Assembly (NCBI RefSeq): GCF_009914755.1
Contig: NC_060925.1
Reading direction: 5' to 3' (one strand)
Length of the DNA stretch: 64,000 bases
DNA from: the human T2T-CHM13v2.0 reference genome, Homo sapiens
This document shows, piece by piece, positions 52,089 to 64,000 of the stretch (positions within the stretch are counted from its first letter, which is position 1; each line of letters opens with the position of its first letter). The notes under the pieces were generated by a model that worked only from the letters and a program-made list of their open reading frames with translations, was not told where the DNA came from and did no database searches. Both the position numbers and the translations under genes were made by a program.

Positions 52089-52672
52089 GCATAATGGCTA
52101 ATTTTATGCATCAACTTGACTGGACCACGGGGTGCCCAGACATTGGGCTGACCATTATTCCCATGTGTCTATGAGGGTGTTTCTGGATGAGATTAGCATT
52201 TGATTCAGTAGACTGAGTAAAGCAGATTGCCCTCCCTAATGTGGGTGGGTCCCATCAATAAGTTGAAGACCAGAATAGAACAAAACAGCTAAGTAAGAGA
52301 GAATTCCTCCTGTCTAATTGATTGAGCTGGGATACTGGTCTTTTTCAGCCTTTGAACTTAGTTTAAAACACTGGCACTTCTTGGGTCTTGAGCCTGCTGG
52401 CTTTCAGACTGGAACTTACACCATCCACTTTCCTGGCTCTCAGGCCTTTGGACTCAGACTGGGAGTATCCTATCAGCTTTCCTGGAGATTTGGCTTGCGA
52501 CTATAGATCTTGGAACTTCTCAGCCACATAAACTCATGAGCCAATAACTTATAATGAATGCCATTTTTTATCTACATGTATTCTATAACCAGATAGATAG
52601 ATTGATTGATTGATCATCAATCATAGATAATCTCCTATTGATTGTGTTTCTCTAGAGAACCCTGCCTAATAT
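52089..52672 (+). mobile_element. MLT2 (MLT2D-like) solo LTR
   Basis: ATGGCTAATTTTATGCATCAACTTGACTGG...GGGTGTTTCTGGATGAGATTAGCATTTGA...TCTAGAGAACCCTGCCTAATA. Confidence 0.85.
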
Positions 52673-53577
52673 AGAAGGTAAATTTTACATAAGCTGATTG
52701 TTTAAGATTTAGATTCAATAGAAAAGGAGGCAAAAGAGTACATAGCAGGTTTTATATATAAAGTTATGATAACAACATCTCATTTCTTAAGCATACAAGT
52801 ACACACATGCACACACACACACGCACGCGCGCGTGAAGGGCTTAGACCAGAGGAAAGGAAATATGCATTCTGTATGTCCTGTGTTGGCCCCAGTCCCACT
52901 GACTATTAAACAAGAACAAAAGCACTTATTTAGAATATACAATGATTTGGTAGAAAACAAAGTGTCAATTTATTCATCCATATTGAGAAATAAAACCATC
53001 AAGCAGATTGGATTCTGATGTTTGCTGTTCAGTTTATTCTACCCCTGCAGGCAAATTTACAGGGGAAACTAAATTAAAACTAGGATCTTTTATTGTCTGA
53101 GGAGCAGAAGGGATTTGGATGACTCTCCACGCAGAAGTCACTCATCTATGACTACCTGACTTTCCGCTCTTCCTGTAGGGCATGCCAGCTGCAGAGTGGC
53201 TTGGACCAGGCCTCTCTCCCCTGAGCAAGGATAGAGGCCCCTTGCCAGCAGGAGCCTCTCTCGTTGTCATTTTTCCGGACTTTCTTGGCTGGCCAGCTCC
53301 CTTTTGTCTAACTGCCATATTTTATATGTTTTTTCTGTAACTTTTTTTGGTCTTGTTTATTTTTTTATGATGTCAAAGATATATGATCATTTATAAAATC
53401 TTTGGACGAAGTAACAATTTCTCACCACCTAGAGATAATCACTGAGAAATGAGAGCAAAGTGAGTACCTGCCTTGTAGTGAAGAATAAAGGAGCATGCAT
53501 GGAATTGAGGACATTGCCCAGGGCATGGAAGAGCTCAGAATTATCTTTCTCATACCTTTTTAAATATTCTTATATCA

Positions 53578-53792
53578 AGTTTCAGCAAACTTTTTCTTTA
53601 AATAGCCGGATAGCAAATAATTTAGACTTTGTGGGTCCCATGGTCTTGCAACTACACAACTCTGTCACAGTAGTGTAAATGCAGCCACAGATACTGTGTA
53701 ACGAATGGTTGTGTCTGTGTTCTAATACAACTTTATTTACAAAACAGCCCGCATGCCACCTTTGGCCCAAGGGCCATAGTTTGCCAACCTCT
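53578..53792 (+). mobile_element. MER58A-like hAT MITE
   Basis: CAGCAAACTTTTTCTT...CAACTTTATTTACAAAACAG...GGCCATAGTTTGCCAACCTC. Confidence 0.8.
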
Positions 53793-54079
53793 AATCTACA
53801 TCATCATCTAAAATGGCTCCAGAGTAAATAATGTATTTTATTATTAAGAAAAACTTTTATTTTCTGGTAAAATAATTTACAAATGCTTCTCTCTTTGCTT
53901 TTCAAATGTGCCTTTTTTTCAGTATCAGGATCAATTTATAAATAATTGCTCAATATAACTTCTGGGTGTGCTTCAGGCATGAGAAGTGGGGCATGTTTCC
54001 TGATGGCAAGTGTTGACAGAACATCTACTCGGGCAGAGTGTGCCCAGTGACCCAGCCATCTGTCCTCTCAGAATGCACC

Positions 54080-54500
54080 ACACGGGTTTCCTAGAATGCA
54101 TACACAAGGGTATTCATGGCAGAATGGTGTAATTCCCAGGAGCTGAATGCAATCCAAACACCTGTAGAGTTAGAAAGGATAAATTGCATATTATAACATA
54201 AAATATTATACGGCAATGACAAAGAACTAACTACAACTGCATGCAACAGCATGGACGCCTCTCACAAACATAATGCTGAGTGGAAGAAAGACAGCATGCA
54301 AGCAATTTGATTTTATTTTCATACAGTTCAAAAACTAATCCATGATGTTGAAATCACATAAGTGGTTTTCCTTGGGAGAGAGGTAGTTAGTGGCTAGAAA
54401 GGATAGGAAAGGGCTTCTGGGGTGCTAATAATCTATTAGTCTGGGGACTGATTTCACAAGCAAATTCACGTTTATGAAGGTCTATTTAAATGTGTTAAAA
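54080..54500 (+). mobile_element. Old L1ME-like 3' fragment
   Basis: CATGCAACAGCATGGACGCCTCTCACAAACATAATGCTGAGTGGAAGAA. Confidence 0.6.
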
Positions 54501-55039
54501 ATTACAGCAGTTATTTTAACAACTACCTTTATGAAAAGAAAGCCACATGGCAGTCACTGTGCACTTGACACCAATTGTCTATGTCATCCTCACAAAACTC
54601 CTCCAAGGTGTTTTCTCAGCCCCATTTTATAATGAAAACCAAGGCTCAGAGAGGTTAAGAAACTTGCTCAAAGTCACACAGTTAGTGAGTGGCTGAACTT
54701 GATGGTATTCTGCAAACAGACACCAGGATAAAAATATACAGCTTTAAGAAATCAGTCTATAAACTGGGTATCCTAGTGGCACCATGTTATGAGATTTTTG
54801 AAGAGGGAGAAATCTTGGAGATGAGAGACGGAGGTGACACCTGTGCTGTGTTGAGAGGCAGGAGGAAAGAAGGAGGTGTATGCGCAAGGCTGAAGCGCCT
54901 CAGTATCTAAGTACCTCCCCCTCCCCTTCAGTCTGTACTGCCACAGTTCAGACAGGGGGATTGGAAACAGAAAGGTTTCTCCTGCTCAGCTCATTGATTC
55001 CCTTTCAAAATATACACCAGCTCTAGCATGGCTCAACAC

Positions 55040-55089
55040 GGAAGCAATGATTTCTTCTGGAAGGAAGCAATGATTTCTTCTGGAAGGAA
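55040..55089. repeat. Perfect 23-bp tandem duplication
   Basis: GGAAGCAATGATTTCTTCTGGAA x2 plus GGAA. Confidence 0.95.
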
Positions 55090-56488
55090 CCAATGGTTCC
55101 AGAATGAATCCACGCACAGACATGGCCTCTGTGGCTATGGTCTTAGATGTTACATTTGTAATCAAAGCAGAAAAAGCCCTGACTCTGGGTGAATAAATAT
55201 GGATAAAAACTAAGAAATCCATTTAACCAGTCTTCTCTAGAACTACTATAGGTCCAATTCTGTCCATTGGCCCCTCCTCTCTCCTAGAAACTCGTATTAA
55301 AGAGTCAGTATTTGCAAGCTTGGTGCTAGACACTACAACATCTTATTTTTTTAAATGATGGTCTCAATGTAACCTGGCTCATATAGAAGCTTGTGGAAAT
55401 ATTCATATGTCCCCAAATAGAAATAGGAGAGTCTATGACCCAATAAACAAATACTGCAAAAAACTTGTAACTTTGAAATAAAGTGTATCTGCAGCACAAG
55501 CAGTAGAACTTGAGAATTTGCAACATTTATCTGAATCCCTGAAGGTATCAATAAACTTTTATATGGGGCAAACAGTCTAGATGCTAGAAAATATACACCA
55601 TAATGTTTTATGTTTTATTTAGCTTCAGTACATAAATCCCCCCGGTCCCCACAGACAAGTACTGGTGGGCTATGACTTCCGGCATTTAAAGGGATTCTCA
55701 GACATTTATCTTAGCCATTCCAGTGTGATGCTTTCTCTCTTTATTGTGGTATCAGTTACTTCGGGCTTTGGGGAATTTGTGATTGCTGTTTTCAAAATTC
55801 TCTTTGCAGAATTTAATGAAGTCAAAATTATACAAAAGAATCATTTTTGAGAGAAGTGAGTCATCTATGTTCTCTATCCGAAGTGCACATAGAAATCCAT
55901 TGCTTTAATTGTATCTTCTCTTTCATACTGGTTTGTTTATGTACATATATGCCAGCAAAGAAATAGCTATTATGGCTGTAAATTGTGCCTGATACGAGAT
56001 TAATAGCTATAAAAATAGTCCTCGAGGGAATTAGGGGTCTGGTTTAACCATCTCTGTAATGTTCCTACTTCAAGAGCAATATTTCACGGGTGTTGTAAAA
56101 TTTATAAGACTATATTCACGAGGTCTGCTTGGTTCCAACTAGACAAGACTGGTTGTTTATCTTAGCATTCAGTGTCTAATAGGAGCTGCCTTCATGATAT
56201 TCCAGGTGTCACAATAAACACACGGTACGAGTGTTTATAGAAGCTGTACTCAATACTGGATCACAGAGCTTACTCTGAAGGTGAAGGAAGAGATCAATAA
56301 AAAACTGCCCTCCTCCTTCAATAATGACTCAGGAGGGCAGAGGAGGGTAGCCTGGACATGTTGGGGGAGGAGAGGGTCAGGTCATCATAACTGCCACTTC
56401 ATTAACCCCCCACAGGCTGGAGAGGAAGGGGGAATGGAATATACGCTATGTGCCTCTCATTTTTGGGCTGAAGGCATACAGCTAACTC

Positions 56489-57022
56489 TACTGGTGTGCT
56501 GAGACAGCTTTTACCAGCTCTCAGGAGCGTATTTCTAAATTTTCAGAAATTTTGTGAGCCTGTTGTTCAACACTGCCTTTATGAAAAATTGAATCATGCA
56601 AACTTACAATTAAATAAAATATACTTAACAAAATTAATAAATGCTCAAAATTCTGAATTTCCTAATCATTGTGCTACATTTTACTATTATCTATGCTTAG
56701 TCTTTATCTACATCTCTTGTCTATAAGATGGAAATACTGAAATGGTATGCAACTGGACAACTGTACAAATTTTCCTGGTTGTACAACCGCACAGTCAGGA
56801 AAATCAGGTTGGTAGCTTGTCCCTTGCTGGGAGTATTTACACCACAGAAACTGGCAAATACTACATCTCTTGGTGTGTGTGTTTGGTGTGGGATAGCCAG
56901 TTAAACATATTCCATTGGTCTATATGTCTGGTTTTATGCCAGTACCATGCTGTTTTGTTGCTATAGTTCTGTAGTATGATCTGAAGTCAGGTAATGTGAG
57001 GGAGTTTACCAGCACACCATAG
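56489..57022 (+). mobile_element. MER63-like hAT element with a 96-bp L1-derived insert near its right end
   Basis: TGGTGTGCTG...AATTTTCAGAAATTTTGTGAGCC...GGGAGTATTTACACCACAGAAA...TTAAACAT|insert|TTACCAGCACACCA. Confidence 0.8.
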
Positions 57023-57354
57023 CCGAATCCCCTTTTTGCTGTGGTTTTTTTCCTAACACCCTAGTTGCTGATCACAATCGCCACTTGTATCCCCTCCTCA
57101 CTTTCTCTGCCATTCTCTGGCTACCATTTCTTGGAACAGTTGAACAGGCCTTCCTGCTGTGGTTAAAGGAGAACCAAAAGAAGGAAAGATGAAAAGATGG
57201 TTGCCATCTTCCATGTGGCCCTTCATAGTGAGGTAGCAGACTGGCAGGACTTATTTCCTGGTCCCAACAGGATGAAATAAGGAAACTGGCTAGAACCAGC
57301 ATATGGCACTGAAGGTAACCTCTGGTTGCCCTCACTGCTCATCGGCACTCACAC

Positions 57355-59225
<1,871 letters not shown>

Positions 59226-61461
59226 AAGACACTCCCACCAGCGCCATGACAGTTTACAAATGCCATGGCAACACCAGAAGTTAACACCTATTTTCTAAAG
59301 GTTTCTGGATAACTTGCTCCTTAATTTCCTTGCAATTAAAAAGTGGGTATAAATACAGCTACCCAACAGCCTATGGGTTAGCCTTGCTCCTGAAAAAGCA
59401 GCCACTCTGCTGTACACTGCTGCTTCAATAAACCTACTTTCCTCCACTGTCAGCTTGCTGTTGAATTCTTTCCTGAGTGAAGCCAAGAACCCTCCCAAGT
59501 TAGGCCCCACTTTTGAGGCTCACCCGCCCTGCCTCATAAATGTGGATTAAATTCCCATTATTAGTGTCCACTGTTGTCATCCCAAGGCCTGTATGCCTCC
59601 TCCTGCCCCACTCTTCCACCCACAGCCCCTCTCTTTCTGCATTCCCATGCCCTGGAGAACCTCATACAACACTCTGGTTTTGGGGCAGAGGAAGCAGGAG
59701 AGCAGGAAACAGCAGAAAGAGCATGGATACAGGTGTCAGAAAACCAGGATTTTTGAGCCAATGGTTTGCCACTTTTTAGCCTGTGATAAGTCACATGCAC
59801 TGTGTGAGCTCTATTTTCTCATCTGAAGAATGATGTGAGAGTAATATCTTCCAAGCCTACCTTATGGAGTGCTGTGTAATTTGGTGCAGTAATGAGTACA
59901 TGAGAAGGTGATCCATAAACAACCACTTTTACATTTCTGGGTCTTCAATATGTCCCTGTTAAAAAGTATTTTTTGAATACTCTACAGAAATAACAAGCAC
60001 TAACTGAGTTTTGTTGAGCATCATAAAATGTTAGAACTAGAAGAAATCTTTCAGATAATCTATCAATGTATTGTTCAGACTTAAGGAAAATCCCAGATCT
60101 GCCTCAAATCTTGCCCTCTCAGAAACTATTTTACATAAAACCAAAAGGCTTATTTGGAACCTTTGTGTCATGAGAAACAAAGACTCATTCAGTTCTTTCA
60201 GGAGGAAAAATAGAGAGAGTAGGTTATTACAAAGGCACACATGGACTGTGGAGGTGAGAGCTCATGGAAATAATAGTAACACTGATAATAGCACTTTAGT
60301 GCTTTCTATGTTCCATATATTATTTCTTTTCATCTTTGCAACAAACGTATGAATTGTGTTCTACATTTTCCAATTGAGAAGACAGAGGCTTAGACAGGTT
60401 AAATATCTTACACCATTGCACAGCTATGTTGTGCCAAACTGAAATATGAACTAGGGTCTCCAGAACTGTGCTTGTAACTTGTATGACATGTTCTTCCATG
60501 AACACAAACTTCAGGGCAGCTGGTCCCCTGGGAACCAGTGCCAGGAAGGGTTTGCTGAATGACACAGAGAAGCATGATCTCTCTCTTGTAGCATCTGCTT
60601 CTCTATCAGCTTCTGTGCTGTCCTTTGCTCCCAGGCTTCTAACTTCAGCTTGCTGGACTATAGTGATGACTGCAGCTCCAACAGAACTTGTCCTTTTATT
60701 AACTCAGTCTCTGGGTTTTCTAATTTCAACTGCCAAGAGTGAATTCACATTGGTCCTGCCCATCCTTTCTAGCCTGGCCATAAGTTAATTTCTGGATTAG
60801 GTCTCTGTTCCTGCTCCAATCAGCTGTGGGCATGTGGCCTGGAATAGCATGTTTTGTACACCCATTCTTTTATTTGACCTCCTAGAGCTTCTCATATTCT
60901 TCCTTTTTATAGCTATTTGTATATTCATTTTAACTTCTCTTCTTGACAAAAAGAACCAAAAGTACCGACTGATTCAGCTTTGTTTCCAGCATTTGACACA
61001 GTAGCAGGTGTTCCAGGAGGGTTAGTTGAAGAGGTAAACTATCCTTTGGCATATGGAGAGGCCAGATCTACACTAGTGAAGATAAGTGTATAATTTAAGT
61101 AGTAATCCAGGGAATTGAAGGATTTATTACTTTGCTTCAATTCTTTGTTTCAGTGAGAGAATAAAATTATTGGTCTTTATTATTTAGATTATTGGGTCAA
61201 TTTTCAGTTTTACTTGACTGATATCCATTTGGTGCAAGACATCAAGAGTAAGTTTTTTTTTTTTTGGCAATAGTCAGGGTATATCAATAACCCAGAAAAG
61301 AGAAGCAACCGCTGGTGTCTCCTAGCCCTCAGGTGGTTCTGGGCTAAGCAGGAAGGAGCACACTTACTTCTGCTAACTACCTCTGGTTCTTTCCATCTAG
61401 GCACACAAGAAGACTTCCAGACACTCTTCGCAGTCATGTTGGGAACATGTGATTAGTCAGA

Positions 61462-61895
61462 TGTCTTATTCTGTTTTTTGTTGCTTATAACGGAGTACCT
61501 GAAACTGGGTAATTTATAAAGGAAACAAATTTATTTCTTACAGTTCTGGAGGCTGAGAGGTCTAAGGTCGAGGGATTGAATCAGGTGAGAGACTTCTTGC
61601 CAGTGGGGACTCTGAAGAGTCCTGAAGCAGCACAGGGCATTGCATGGTGAGAGCACTGTGCTAATGTGCCAGCTCAGGTCTCTCTTCCTCTTCTTATAAA
61701 GGCACCAGTCCCACTCCCATGATAACCCATTAATTCATTAACCTATCAAACCATTAATCTATGAATGGGTTAATCCATTCATAAATGCAGATCCCTTATG
61801 ACCCCATTACTTCTTAAAGGCTCATTCCCTCAATATTGCCACAAAGGGGATTATGTTTTGACATGTATTTTGGAGGGGATATCCAAACCATAGCA
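61462..61895 (-). mobile_element. MST (MSTB/C-like) MaLR LTR nested in an older MLT1-like LTR (about 61300-62175)
   Basis: TGTCTT...ACCTGAAACTGGGTAATTTATAAAG...CTTACAGTTCTGGAGGCTG...CCAAACCATAGCA. Confidence 0.82.
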
Positions 61896-62289
61896 TCAAG
61901 CCAACAAACCCTGAGTAGAAGTGAGGGGAGTCATCTCCCTTCAGAGGAAATTAAAAATGGATCTGAGTATTCTATGCCCCTTCTCTTCCCTACCACATTA
62001 GTGGTGGAGGCTACCTGTTGAGATGGTAGAGCTGCAACGTGAAAACATACCCTGGAGAGTCACCTGACATGTGCCTTACTTTGTGTGAGCAAGAAATAGA
62101 CCCTGGTTGTTCTAGTTTTTGAGATTTGGAGGTTAATTTGTTACCAAGGAATACCATCACCTTTCCTGAGGAATACCAGCTTTCTAAACTATCAACTCAT
62201 AGCCCTGGCCTGACCCGGACTTGCTCAGAGGCTACCTTCCCCCATTCAGACCCTGTTAGGGTGGGTAGCTCAGTGACTGTCAAGTAGCA

Positions 62290-62475
62290 GTCATGGTGAG
62301 CACAAGCTTTGAATTAGATCCACCCAGATTTGAATCATCTTGGATACTTCGTAGCTACAGACCTTTGGGAGAGTTAAATTCTCTGTACCTCTTTTTTATT
62401 TGTTTGTAGAAAGGAGGTGACACAGTGTCACAACTCATGAGGCAACTCATATGGATAAAATGAGAAAATGCATAC
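62290..62475 (+). mobile_element. MIR SINE (others at about 44100-44240, 54560-54700, 59720-59900, 60300-60470)
   Basis: Degenerate MIR core motifs (GATTTGAATC...GACCTTTGGGAGAGTTA...ATAAAATGAGA). Confidence 0.55.
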
Positions 62476-64000
62476 TTAGCCTGCCTTCTTTTAGTTTAGA
62501 GTCCTTCCATTTCCCTTCATGTCTACTATGTTCCATCTCTCTTAAAGTCACCCAATGCAGGGACCATCCCTGCATTGCATCCCATAGTCTCTACTAGCAT
62601 AGTTACATGCACCTACTACAATTCTGCTGAATTAAGTTATACTTAACTTAATTAAATTGGAAGATGAGGATGACCTGGAAACCAGCTTTAGCAATGGCCG
62701 GTCTTGACAAACCCAGATACTAATTGATGTAGCCACACTTTGGTTCTGCAGTGGCCAGGTGATATGGACATTCCAGAAACATTTAACAATTTATTTGCAA
62801 GCTCACCATGACTTTGAAGTGATATATTGTTCTGCATAAGTGTTCATTGAGTGACTCTAGCCTTAGTGAGGGTTCTTTATCCAAAAATCATCCTTTGGGA
62901 TTAGATATTGGGCCATCATTGAATGTTCTGGTTCTTCTATAGATGATCTTATAAAATTACAAGACTTGAGTCCAAACTTTTATCCCACATAAGCATTTTT
63001 AAGATTATGTAGGGTAATAATTAGTTTCTGAATAAATTGTGGGTGTGGGTGTGTTGGCTTCATGAGGCCAGATGTTCCCTAACAGTCACACTTGATACAT
63101 CTAGACAGTTTCCCCAGAGCATCTCACAATTTTTGCATTCACTCCAGGTAGTTCCAAAAAATGACCTCAGTTCTGCAGATTTCACTTTTAGAAAAAAACT
63201 AGACTTCCATATGTTTCCTAAATAGGAATGGAAAAATAACAGGCAAGAAATTACATGTGTGAGAAAAAGTAGTTAAAAGTCTCCTATTAAAAAGCAAAAG
63301 TAAATTTCTTGAGGCTTTAATTAAACAAGATATCAAGCAAAAAATCTTAAGTAAACTATAACCTTTAAATATTCATTTTCAAAGGAAATCCAGATGTAGC
63401 AATAGATTTGTACAAAATTCCTCCTAGCCATATATTCTGACAAACTTTGTGTCCTCAGAGCCGGTCTCATATTATGTATGGCACTAAAGGTATCTTATAC
63501 AAGTGCCATAGCTGATCTTTGAAAGAGCACCCTTTTGATATGCATTCAAGATGTAACTATTGTCTTCTACTAGATAGTGGTAAGAACCCAAAGCATTTCT
63601 CCTGATTTTTCCCCTAAAGCCTTCAACCACTGGATTTGGAAGAAAGACATTGAAAATATCATTTCCACACAACGTACTGCACTCAAGCAACATTCAAATC
63701 CAAGTCCATTGGGATTCCAGTCAGAAGCCATCAGCAGTGGCCTAAATGTGTTGGGACCTTCTCTCTGCTCTGAACAGATGTGGTTAGAACTAACTAGATG
63801 TTAGGTCTTTGAGAGTCCAATGACGAGGACACTTGTGGAAAAAAAAGCACTCACATGACGAGAGTCTAATGAAAAATGAAACTCCCTGCCTCTGCCCTCC
63901 ATTTCATTCATTTCATTTGTGCTTTTATGAGAACTCATGTTTATAGGGAAGCTTCTGTTTGCTTCAGCTCCTGGCAGCTGCTTTTGTTTCTCTTCCTAAT

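Overview
Primate (very probably human) non-coding genomic DNA, mostly made of interspersed repeats. I can support no cellular protein-coding exon; the long ORFs are retroviral or transposase relics, or chance ORFs in repeats. Main elements: (1) a complete minus-strand HERV-H provirus (45537-50909) with a 5-bp GTGAA target-site duplication (TSD), tRNA-His PBS, PPT and intact splice donor, whose two LTRs carry different central U3 blocks; (2) a minus-strand HERV-L with its MLT2A-type 3' LTR, fused by deletion to an old L1MD; (3) a near full-length Tigger4 transposon; (4) an old LTR16/HERV16-type ERVL relic; (5) a 7SL retropseudogene inside a solo LTR; (6) a nest of Alu in L1MA in MER41, with a nearby inverted copy of the L1 5' junction. 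There are also many solo LTRs, Alus, MIRs and L2s. Subfamily names come from my recollection of consensus sequences and need RepeatMasker/Dfam confirmation. The best candidate for something undescribed is the HERV-H with discordant LTRs, in a locus carrying several co-oriented LTR promoter classes linked to early embryos.
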